Assembly: GCF_006345805.1 (NCBI RefSeq)
Contig: NC_043015.1
Location: 25,296,001 to 25,360,000 of the forward strand
From: Octopus sinensis
Taxonomy: Eukaryota
Reading direction: 5' to 3'
Length of the DNA: 64,000 nucleotides
In this document: positions 15,315-25,863 of the stretch, in pieces
How positions within the stretch are numbered: the first letter of the stretch is position 1
Layout: every line of letters starts with the position of its first letter
Position numbers and translations under genes: made by a program
Notes under the pieces: generated by a model
What the model saw: the letters and a program-made list of their open reading frames with translations, nothing else
Databases searched by the model: none
Told to the model about the DNA's origin: nothing

Positions 15315-15355
<41 letters not shown>

Positions 15356-15359
15356 TTGG

Positions 15360-15393
<34 letters not shown>

Positions 15394-15589
15394 CATTCAT
15401 ACATATACAGCCTCATCCTAGAAAACAATACATTTTTTTTCAATGAAAAAACTACCTTCAAATTCAAGGTAGAGCTATGGGGATGTAATTTGCTCCAGTT
15501 TTTGAAAATTCAGTATTGGTGGGTACTTGGAACAAAACCTATATTAAAAAAAATGAAGAGAACTATGGCATGAGCTTTAGAAGAAATAT

Positions 15590-16041
15590 AGAGGACACAT
15601 GGAAAGAGGGTAGCAGCTGGAACATCCTATGTCAGGTAGCTGGAACCCAGTCATGGCTGTCAAGCAATTTCTGTGACTAAGTCACCCCTAACATCTGGTC
15701 ACCTAACTCCCAGACTGTAACCCCCTTGATTATAATGTGTGGGATGCAGTTGAGTGACAGACCAACAAAACTCCTTGTAACACCAAAGATGAGCTGAAGG
15801 CAAGGATTATAGCAGCATTCACGAACTTACACAAGGAGACCATCCAGAAGAGTTGCAGGAGATTCAGAAATCCTCTTGAGGCCATGGTTGAAGCCAATGG
15901 CGATTTTATTGAATAAATTTACTCTTTGGTATTTCAAGATATTTCTATGAAATGTTGATAGGTATATATTTGTTAAAATGGGATGTCAGTGTTATTTTCA
16001 TTTTTGCATAATTTAGATGACAATATATTCACAGCACCCTG
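15590..16041 (+). mobile_element. Tc1/mariner-superfamily (maT/DD37D-like) transposon relic: transposase C-terminus plus right TIR
   Basis: Frameshifted ...SPDCNPLDYNVWDAVE...TKDELKARIIAAF...EAMVEANGDFIE*; ends in caccctg|TA (CAGGGTG-type terminus). The DD37D spacing cannot be counted because the second-Asp region is deleted. Confidence 0.75.
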
Positions 16042-16099
16042 TACATATACATGGATGTATATGCATACATACATGCATACATACATACATACATACATA

Positions 16100-17397
16100 C
16101 ACATACGTATATATATATATATACATACATATATATATACATACATATATATATACATACATATATACATACATATATATATACATACATATATATACAT
16201 ATATATATATACATATATATATATACATCATCATCACCATCATTTAACGTCCGTTTTCCATGCTAGCATGGGTTGGACGGTTTTGACTGAGGGCTGGCAA
16301 CCAGATGGCTGCACCAGGCTCCAGTCTTGATCTCGCAGAGTTTCTACAGCTGGATGCCCTTCCTAACACAAAATAAATTTACATAATATATATATATATA
16401 TATATATATATAATACATACATATATATACATATATATATACACACACATATATATATACATATATATATCATCATCATCATCATCATCATGAAAGAGTA
16501 CAGCAGGTTTACCACCACCCCCTGCCAGAGCCTCGTGGAGCTTTAGGTGTTTACGCTCAATAAATACTCACAATGCTCGTCTGAGAATCGAAACTGTGAT
16601 CCTACGAATATATATATATATGGAGGTGCAATGGCCCAGTAGTTAGGGCAGTGGACTCGCGGTCGTAGGATCACAGTTTCGATTCTCAGACCGAGCATTG
16701 TGAGTATTTATTGAGCGTAAACACCTAAAGCTCCACGAGGCTCTGGCAGGGGGTGGTGGTGAACCCTGCTGTACTCTTTCACCACACTTTCTTCCTGTTT
16801 CTGTTGTACCTGTATTTCAAAGGGCCAGCCTTGTCACGCTCTGTGTCACGCTGAATCTCCTCCAGAACTACGTTAAGGGTACACATGTCTGTGGAGTGCT
16901 CAGCCACTTGCACGTTAATAAATGAGCTGCGACGTCAATGGTGCCAAGCTGTATCGTCCTTTGCCTTTCCCTTGGATAACATCGGTGGCATGGTGAGGGG
17001 AGGCTGGTATGTGTGGGCGACTGCTGGTCTGCCATAAACAACCTTGCCAGACTTGTACCTCAGAGGGTAACATTCTAAGTGCAATTCCATGGTCATTCCT
17101 GACCGAAGGAGGTCGCAATATATATATATATATATATATACATACATAATATATATACATACATATATATATACATACATATATACATACATATATATAT
17201 ACATACATATATATACATATATATATATACATATATATATATACATCATCATCACCATCATTTAACGTCCGTTTTCCATGCTAGCATGGGTTGGACGGTT
17301 TTGACTGAGGGCTGGCAACCAGATGGCTGCACCAGGCTCCAGTCTTGATCTCGCAGAGTTTCTACAGCTGGATGCCCTTCCTAACACAAAATAAATT

Positions 17398-17437
<40 letters not shown>

Positions 17438-18138
17438 CATATATATACATATATATATACACACACATATATATATACATATATATATCATCATCATCAT
17501 CATCATCATGAAAGAGTACAGCAGGGTTTACCACCACCCCCTGCCAGAGCCTCGTGGAGCTTTAGGTGTTTACGCTCAATAAATACTCACAATGCTCGGT
17601 CTGAGAATCGAAACTGTGATCCTACGAATATATATATATATGGAGGTGCAATGGCCCAGTAGTTAGGGCAGTGGACTCGCGGTCGTAGGATCACAGTTTC
17701 GATTCTCAGACCGAGCATTGTGAGTATTTATTGAGCGTAAACACCTAAAGCTCCACGAGGCTCTGGCAGGGGGTGGTGGTGAACCCTGCTGTACTCTTTC
17801 ACCACACTTTCTTCCTGTTTCTGTTGTACCTGTATTTCAAAGGGCCAGCCTTGTCACGCTCTGTGTCACGCTGAATCTCCTCCAGAACTACGTTAAGGGT
17901 ACACATGTCTGTGGAGTGCTCAGCCACTTGCACGTTAATAAATGAGCTGCGACGTCAATGGTGCCAAGCTGTATCGTCCTTTGCCTTTCCCTTGGATAAC
18001 ATCGGTGGCATGGTGAGGGGAGGCTGGTATGTGTGGGCGACTGCTGGTCTGCCATAAACAACCTTGCCCAGACTTGTACCTCAGAGGGTAACATTCTAAG
18101 TGCAATTCCATGGTCATTCCTGACCGAAGGAGGTCGCA
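16100..18138. repeat. Near-identical tandem duplication, unit ~1020 bp, made of SINE pieces and (TA)n
   Basis: 16228-17116 repeats at 17244-18138 (e.g. tggaggtgcaatggcc at 16621 and 17641); differences outside microsatellites are mostly single-base indels in short runs. Confidence 0.95.
16621..16915 (+). mobile_element. tRNA-headed SINE (ggaggtgcaatggcccagtagttagggc family)
   Basis: A-box TGGCCCAGTAG and B-box-like GTTTCGATTC; duplicate at 17641-17935; diverged copy at ~55389-55680. Confidence 0.85.
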
Positions 18139-18181
18139 ATATATATATATATTATACATACATATATATATACATACATAT

Positions 18182-18222
<41 letters not shown>

Positions 18223-18258
18223 TACATATATATATATGTATATATATATATATATGTA

Positions 18259-18301
<43 letters not shown>

Positions 18302-18542
18302 ATATATTATATATATATATATATATTCTTTTATCCTTTTACTTATTTCAATCATTTGACTGTGGCCATGCTGGAGCACCGTCTTTAGTCGAACAAATCA
18401 CCCCTAAGATTTATTCATTATAAGCCTAGTACTTATTCTATTGGTCTCCTTTGCCAAACCGCTAGATTACAGAGACATAATCACACCAACACTGGTTGTC
18501 AAGCAATGGTGGGGGACAAACACAGACATAGAAATTATACAT

Positions 18543-18573
<31 letters not shown>

Positions 18574-18784
18574 ATGTGAAATAGAAAGATGAATAATCTT
18601 GTAGTAGATTAATCAAAAGTTTAACCGATACCTTAGTAGCAAAAATCACAGCAGTAAACAGCACGGTTGGAGGTACAACCATCTGGCGTTGCAACCGTGC
18701 GTTGGTGCAGATAATTGAAATTAAAACATTATTGGTGAATTGAAGAAATGGAGCTGAACGCAGATTGAACAGAAATCGTTTTAT

Positions 18785-18871
18785 TTCATTCTACACGTGT
18801 TTCGAAAGGCACAAATTACCAAAATCCGATTGAATAATGGGACCATATTGTGTCTTTCTCTTCAGGAAGAA
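18785..18871 (-). ncRNA. Type I minimal hammerhead ribozyme motif, PLE pLTR, left arm
   Basis: Reverse strand: ttcttc-CTGAAGA-gaaag...ctttc-GAAAC-acgt-GTA-gaatgaa. Stem I, full core, stem II gaaag/ctttc, 2-bp stem III in palindrome ACACGTGT, GUA cleavage triplet. Confidence 0.88.
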
Positions 18872-19474
18872 AAAAGGAAATCCGTTGGAAAAACAAAAAC
18901 AGAACAGAGGCGGAGCAAAAAACAAATCGAACTGTGCTCCTAAGAGCCCATGGCGAAACTGTTTATCAGTGTATGTTGAGAACCGGTGGCTGAAGAATTC
19001 AACGGGTCAGGCATCGGTCAATCATGTGGGTGAGGGTGTATAGATGTTCTTTGTGACCGAGAATAAGTTCTGACTATTTAAGGAATATTGGATGTTTTAT
19101 AAGGGGCGAGAAAAAATCTACTTAGAGACGTGTGTGTGTGTATACTGTTCTATATATGTGTGTGTTGGCGTAGGGGTAGAAAACATTTTTTGTGTACGTG
19201 TGTGCGTTTGATCGTTCGGCTGTCAGTGGCTACTGCCGTGATAACCGTTGGGTGGCAGAAAGAAAAAAATAAAAAAAATATATATATATTATGTTTTATG
19301 TGTGTGTGTGTTCATCTAAGCCTGCCTTGTCAAGGAAACCCCCCGCTGTGAGAAAACCAAGCCCCGTTTGTCTTACAGGAGTAATTCCCCTTGCAGTGGT
19401 TAATCGTAGTTATCTTAAAGGCTATTTCAGAATTTGTTACCAAGGGCTATGGGTGCCGGTATTATTTATAAACG

Positions 19475-20566
19475 CTATTTAAAGGCCAGATAAGTGTAAC
19501 GCCGCCAATGGGGGCATCGAAAAGCCGACTGTAAGAGCCCGTTTACCATCCGGCCTCTGGCAAACAAAATATGGAAGAGTTCGGAGACACAAAGGTTGCA
19601 CTGTCTTCTGCCCCTATCAAATGGGAGGGCCACCGACAAAATTGACCATTCCAGCCTATAGCTTAAGTTCGCATCCTTCAGTCGCCATATTAGCTTACTG
19701 AGTCCCGTGGTCTGGCGCTTGTTCACGTCCCGAAAAGTTGCGTAATGGTTGGAGACACGCAAAGACAATCTTGAGGATGATGCCCCTACATAAGTGAAGG
19801 CATCTGAGTCCGTGTAAACCTTGCATTGGTAGACGGCGTTTTTGATCTTGGAGTTCGCCGACGTGAATCTTAATCTGCTAGGATTAGTTTCTGAAATTAG
19901 AACTGCGTTCCTGTCACTATATTCGTTCCGAGACCTGCAGCCGCTTACTACTCTATTTTCCACTACGTCACTATTAACTATAGGAATAACCCCTGATTCT
20001 CCACTATCTATCAGAGTGCTGTCATTGCTACTGCCCGTGGTACTGCTATTGCGGGAAATGATGCTGGGGATGCTAATGGGGCTCTCTACCCTACTCCAAT
20101 TATTACCGTCAACCACAACACCCCTATTTATAACTATACCCCTAGTGGGTACTCCCTGGCTGGAGCTGAGATTATGTGTCACTGTACTGGCTCTCATATC
20201 ATTATTACTACTATAATTATTCCTACTGAGCATTAAACCGGGAGCGGAAGAGGCTGTGCCTCCGGAAAAAGGTGATAGGGTCTTAGTAAGTAGCCTATTA
20301 TTATGGGAGGCGATTATCTGGGCGAGGTTTTTAGTGTTGGAGAAAGCTATCCTAACTTTATGTGAGTTAACCGTGGAGTAATATTTGGAATTTCTGGGGA
20401 AGTTATTGGCGATGGCTTGTCTAAACATGAGGGGGAGGTTAGTTCTAATCTGCTTACCAAAGGGGATTACAAACCATATATGCTTATTCCTATCAGTGTG
20501 ATGGGTCGGGACGCCAGCTCTCGCATTCGGGTGGGTGATTCTCGGATGAATAACGGGTCTTGGGTT
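19475..20566 (-). CDS. PLE ORF C-terminal part (post-RT region, low-complexity linker, GIY-YIG endonuclease); open frame, RT missing
   Basis: Frame stays open upstream of the track ATG (20428) through the loop: ...DRNKHIWFVIPFGKQIRTNLPLMFRQAIANNFP...NAVYQCKV...YVGA...RVSNH...LSKLIWRLKD...WSIL...CNLCVSE...RCPH. Matches my recollection of the Naiad-type IWFNPPFS..TN.G..F...HFP and CNLC..E..C.H motifs. Confidence 0.85.
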   Translation of the reverse strand, partial: NPRPVIHPRITHPNARAGVPTHHTDRNKHIWFVIPFGKQIRTNLPLMFRQAIANNFPRNSKYYSTVNSHKVRIAFSNTKNLAQIIASHNNRLLTKTLSPFSGGTASSAPGLMLSRNNYSSNNDMRASTVTHNLSSSQGVPTRGIVINRGVVVDGNNWSRVESPISIPSIISRNSSTTGSSNDSTLIDSGESGVIPIVNSDVVENRVVSGCRSRNEYSDRNAVLISETNPSRLRFTSANSKIKNAVYQCKVYTDSDAFTYVGASSSRLSLRVSNHYATFRDVNKRQTTGLSKLIWRLKDANLSYRLEWSILSVALPFDRGRRQCNLCVSELFHILFARGRMVNGLLQSAFRCPHWRRYTYLAFK

Positions 20567-20568
20567 AG

Positions 20569-21552
20569 AATGCGAGAGCTGGCGTCCCGACCCATCACAC
20601 TGATAGGAATAAGCATATATGGTTTGTAATCCCCTTTGGTAAGCAGATTAGAACTAACCTCCCCCTCATGTTTAGACAAGCCATCGCCAATAACTTCCCC
20701 AGAAATTCCAAATATTACTCCACGGTTAACTCACATAAAGTTAGGATAGCTTTCTCCAACACTAAAAACCTCGCCCAGATAATCGCCTCCCATAATAATA
20801 GGCTACTTACTAAGACCCTATCACCTTTTTCCGGAGGCACAGCCTCTTCCGCTCCCGGTTTAATGCTCAGTAGGAATAATTATAGTAGTAATAATGATAT
20901 GAGAGCCAGTACAGTGACACATAATCTCAGCTCCAGCCAGGGAGTACCCACTAGAGGTATAGTTATAAATAGGGGTGTTGTGGTTGACGGTAATAATGGG
21001 AGTAGGGTAGAGAGCCCCATTAGCATCCCCAGCATCATTTCCCGCAATAGCAGTACCACGGGCAGTAGCAATGACAGCACTCTGATAGATAGTGGAGAAT
21101 CAGGGGTTATTCCTATAGTTAATAGTGACGTAGTGGAAAATAGAGTAGTAAGCGGCTGCAGGTCTCGGAACGAATATAGTGACAGGAACGCAGTTCTAAT
21201 TTCAGAAACTAATCCTAGCAGATTAAGATTCACGTCGGCGAACTCCAAGATCAAAAACGCCGTCTACCAATGCAAGGTTTACACGGACTCAGATGCCTTC
21301 ACTTATGTAGGGGCATCATCCTCAAGATTGTCTTTGCGTGTCTCCAACCATTACGCAACTTTTCGGGACGTGAACAAGCGCCAGACCACGGGACTCAGTA
21401 AGCTAATATGGCGACTGAAGGATGCGAACTTAAGCTATAGGCTGGAATGGTCAATTTTGTCGGTGGCCCTCCCATTGATAGGGGCAGAAGACAGTGCAAC
21501 CTTTGTGTCTCCGAACTCTTCCATATTTTGTTTGCCAGAGGCCGGATGGTAA
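20569..21552 (+). pseudogene. Inverted copy of the PLE ORF fragment, frameshifted
   Basis: Same sequence as the left arm but a 1-nt deletion near 21470 (cccattgata vs cccatttgata) shifts the frame; the C-terminus continues in ORF 21447-21632. Confidence 0.88.
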
Positions 21553-22222
21553 ACGGGCTCTTACAGTCGGCTTTTCGATGCCCCCATTGGCGGCGTTACA
21601 CTTATCTGGCCTTTAATAGCGTTTATAAATAATACCGGCACCCATAGCCCTTGGTAACAAATTCTGAAATAGCCTTTAAGATATCTACGATTAACCACTG
21701 CAAGGGGAATTACTCCTGTAAGACAAACGGGGCTTGGTTTTCTCACAGCGGGGGGTTTCCTTGACAAGGCAGGCTTAGATGAACACACACACACATAAAA
21801 CATAATATATATATATTTTTTTTTTTTTTTTCTTTCTGCCACCCACGGTTATCACGGCAGTAGCCACTGACAGCCGAACGATCAAACGCACACACGTACA
21901 CAAAAAATGTTTTCTACCCCTACGTCAACACACACATATATAGAACAGCATACACACACACACGTCTCTAAGTAGATTTTTTCTCGCCCCTTATAAAACA
22001 TCCAATATTCCTTAAATAGTCAGAACTTTATTCTCGGTCACAAAGAACATCTATACACCCTCACCCACATGATTGACCGATGCCTGACCCGTTGAATTCT
22101 TCAGCCACCGGTTCTCAACATACACTGATAAACAGTTTCGCCATGGGCTCTTAGGAGCACAGTTCGATTTGTTTTTTGCTCCGCCTCTGTTCTGTTTTTG
22201 TTTTTCCAACGGATTTCCTTTT

Positions 22223-22309
22223 TTCTTCCTGAAGAGAAAGACACAATATGGTCCCATTACTCAATCGGATTTTGGTAATTTGTGCCTTTCGAAACACGTG
22301 TAGAATGAA
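22223..22309 (+). ncRNA. Type I minimal hammerhead ribozyme motif, PLE pLTR, right arm
   Basis: CTGAAGA 22229-22235, GAAAC 22291-22295, GTA 22300-22302; predicted cleavage after 22302. Confidence 0.88.
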
Positions 22310-22468
22310 ATAAAACGATTTCTGTTCAATCTGCGTTCAGCTCCATTTCTTCAATTCACCAATAATGTTTTATATATATAAACTGCATTTGGGTATGATT
22401 AGTATAATTTTGGTAGTAATGACTCTGTCCCTCCTAGTGTGAGGCATTTATGTGTAATAATGCCCTCT

Positions 22469-22532
<64 letters not shown>

Positions 22533-22535
<3 letters not shown>

Positions 22536-22974
22536 CTGTAAAATAATATGTTACAATTACTCAATAGTCAAGATAAAACTCTGAGTTTCAGATGCCGAAG
22601 TGGAAATCCATAACACCATCTCTTTAGTTATCTGGCCATCTGAAAAACGCTATGAAAAAATACCGTTATACAAAGGGAAATTACTGTATTATAATTCTGC
22701 TCGTGTATGAGTTTGTATATATATATGCGTATATATTTGGCGAAAGATGCAAGTGAAGATGTGTACATTTTCATAGTGACATATAAGTACGCATGTGGGT
22801 TCGCAAGCAGAATTATAATACAGTAATTTCCCTTTGTATAACGGTATTTTTTCATAGCGTTTTTCAGATGGCCAGATAACTGAAGAGATGGTGTTGTGGA
22901 TTTCCACTTCGCCATCTGAAACTCAGAGTTTTATCTTGACTATTGAGTAATTGTAACATATTATTTTACAGATA
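22533..22974. mobile_element. Hairpin element with ~168-bp inverted arms, each carrying an HHR motif
   Basis: Arms ~22533-22701 and ~22806-22974, ~105-bp spacer; left end abuts (TA)n; ~65 bp of extra sequence separates the right arm from the next (TA)n at 23040. Confidence 0.9.
22874..22936 (+). ncRNA. Type I hammerhead ribozyme motif
   Basis: agataa-CTGAAGA-gatgg...ccatc-t-GAAAC-tcaga-GTT-ttatct: 6-bp stem I, 5-bp stem II, short stem III, GUU triplet, one extra U before G12. The left-arm copy (22571-22633, minus) has CTAAAGA, a mutated core. Confidence 0.75.
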
Positions 22975-23039
22975 AATTTCTTCTATTTACATAATATTGA
23001 GGTCTCTTTCTTTCTTTTGTTATCTTACCGTTTTTACCA

Positions 23040-23880
23040 ATATATATATATATATATCACCTTAACCGACCAGTCCGTCGGGCATCCATTTGACACCACT
23101 GGTCACAGCACGCTGTCCATTCCTCTCTGGATTGCGCCTTTCTCATCCACATGATCCCAATCGTCCTCCAGAAATTGTAACTCCACCGTCGTGGAGGCCT
23201 TCCGGGTGGTTGTTTCGGCGTGCGCAGGTACCACTCGACAACTGCGCAGGTCCACCAATTATCAGTGAGCCGGGCGACGTGTCCAGCCCATCTAAACTTG
23301 CTGTGTGTATACTCTGCAATGACATCCCTCATGCCGGACTTCTTTCTGATGATTTTGCTACTGATGTGTTCTCTCAACGAGATACCAAGCATTGACCTTC
23401 CCATGGCTCTTTGAGCTGTTACCAGTCTCTGCTCTTCTCTCTTTGTGGTAGCCCATGTTTCACTACCATATAACATTGCAGGTAGAACTGTACTGTTGAT
23501 GAGGTTGGCGTGGGTGGTCCTGTCCAACCTTCCCTTGAGCACATCCCTTATGCCATTAAAGGCGGTGTCAACATCAATGGCGGGCTCCTCACCCACCTTC
23601 GTTTCGCTGACGACATCGTACTCATTGCTGAAACTACGGATCAGCTTCAGACCATGCTGACAGAGCTTGACATCAAAAGCTCTGCAGTACGTCTCAAGAT
23701 GAACCACATGAAAACGAAGTTCATGCGGTCAGACAACGTACCAACAAGTCGAATAGGGATCAGCAGTGATGAAATAGAGGAGGTAAGGGAATATGTCTAC
23801 CTGGGACAGAAAGTGAATATGTGCCAAGATATCAAAAAGGAGATCTCACGGAGAGTAAGGGCCTGATGGAAGGTGTTTAA

Positions 23881-23881
<1 letters not shown>
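23040..23881 (-). mobile_element. RTE-clade LINE, 5'-truncated, with its 5' part inverted
   Basis: Minus strand 23563-23057 encodes AFNGIRDVLK...LPAMLYGSETW...WAGHVAR...GRPPRRW...stop, then (TA)n. Plus strand 23564-23881 encodes the immediately preceding RT part GVNING..LRFADDIVL...YVYLGQ...RRVRA*WKVFN. Confidence 0.92.
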
Positions 23882-23937
<56 letters not shown>

Positions 23938-24223
23938 TATGGGCTTCTTTCAGTTTATGTGTGTGTGTGTGTATATATAAATGAATGAATTAATATATCC
24001 TAAGAAACATCTCTTTATGCATCTCTAACCTGTATACTTGAAAACAAATTCAATCTTCATAATGAAATGAATGTAGTCAATTAGAAACACCCAAGTTTAT
24101 GACTGGTATGTACTATTTTTATTCTGGTGTAGGATCAACTCCAAAGCAGGATTTTGGGTCAGAAACTTGGGAAGCAAAACTACGAACTCCGATATTTTAG
24201 ATTAATTTACTAATACTCATTTT

Positions 24224-24260
<37 letters not shown>

Positions 24261-25802
24261 TGATGGTCACCACTACCAACCTAACAAATCTATTATTACA
24301 ACCACTTAGCATTACTCGTTTGACATCACCACTACATTAAAGCCCTAACTACCACCACTACCATGCATAGTCCCCACTCTCACTACTACCATTTCTGCAT
24401 TACCAACACCAACACCACCAGTTTCACTACCAAAACTGCAACTCTCACTCCCCCATCCACTTCTCTCTCTCTCCCTCCCCTCCTCTCTCTTATTTATACG
24501 TCAATTTTATGCCATTATGAAATTTGAAATTAATACCTATTTTCGTTTTTAATCTCACTATTTTTAGCACACGAAGTTATTAATGTATAATTAATTAACA
24601 ACTTTATTCATTAGATTAATAACATTTCTGCAAAGAATGTCTATTTTATTATCGTTGTTTGTTTATTGTATTTTAAAAGTGATACCTTAGATACAACAAC
24701 GCAACAACGGAGGTAAACTGATAAGGTGAGAAAAGCTATTGTAAATATGTTGTGTATGCACGTATTGAATGGCTGTGTAAGAGTGTGTGTGTATGTGGGG
24801 GGAGGGATGAACAAGTAAGGATAGGGCCACTAATTAAATTGAATGTAATTAGCTTTTATATAGAGATAGACAAATACACACACACACATACACACATACA
24901 CACACATACACATATATATAAATATATATATACAAAGAGTGAAAGAGGTGGCATGGAGTAATAAAATCATTTTTATCATGGAGTAAATGTAATCCATTAA
25001 GCAACATGTTTCTGTAATTATTAAATTAGCCACATGTTAACATTCTACATGTGCTGCCCAAAATGCTAATTCTGTTTTCTGATGACATGAGTAAAACTTG
25101 TCCTTTCATGGGTCATGTGTTGAGATGTATTTCCCTGTTCCAAAACATAGATTATATTCTGGGGGCAGGTCACATGCCAACAACAGAAAGGATTAAATCT
25201 TGATGGGGTGGGGTGGGGTGGAAAGGTAGAATCCTTTCTGAGCTGGACGAGATGCATTTTCCATTCTGATACTTTACATTCTGAGGAAGGGTCAACTTCG
25301 CCAAGCCCTAGGGGTCAACGTAATTGACCAACTTCCCCTCTCTTCCCTGAAAACAATTGCATCTCAGGTTGTCTTAGCAACATCACAACCCTGTCCTGCA
25401 CTGGCACCTGTAGAAATTACTGGGTGAAAGTATCAACAGGATATAAAGGTTAATTTTGTGTTCCTAGATGTGTACCTCCATCTCCACCTTTGGCAAGAGT
25501 GCCGGTTCTTGAAGATGTCACTGCTTATATCAACATCATCATAATCATTGTTACCATGGTATATTTAGACACAGCTATGTGGTTAAGAATTTTGCTTTCC
25601 GACCACATGGTTTCAAGTTCAGGTTCCGTCTGCATGTTACCTTGTACAAGTATCATCTACTCTGACCCAGGACTAGACTAACCAAATCCTTCAAGATGGA
25701 TGTTGTAGATGGAAACTGAAAGAAGCCTCTTCTACATGTGTAGTTTTAATTTGAAATAATTGCTTCTTATTTAATATACTTGTTTAATAATAATAATGAT
25801 AA

Positions 25803-25861
<59 letters not shown>

Positions 25862-25863
<2 letters not shown>

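Larger units (their letters stand above)
18574..22372. mobile_element. Fold-back (inverted) pair of 5'-truncated Penelope-like elements, GIY-YIG type, Naiad-like
   Basis: Arms 18722-20528 and 20568-22372 are reverse complements (about 10 differences seen in 1.8 kb), 39-bp loop, extra ~148-bp tail on the left arm, (TA)n on both sides. Confidence 0.93.

Noticed and set aside
19842-20216. 124-aa Leu-rich ORF (mirrored at 20880-21254)
   Set aside because: Antisense shadow of the PLE low-complexity linker.
20417-20679. Two 70-aa ORFs (MSKHEGEV...) crossing the palindrome centre
   Set aside because: Antisense to the PLE ORF and created by the fold-back symmetry.
22060-22135. Possible SECIS element in the PLE 3' UTR (some Naiad-type PLEs are recalled as selenoproteins)
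   Set aside because: The ATGA...GA quartet does not close a proper stem by eye, and the preserved ORF has no in-frame TGA.
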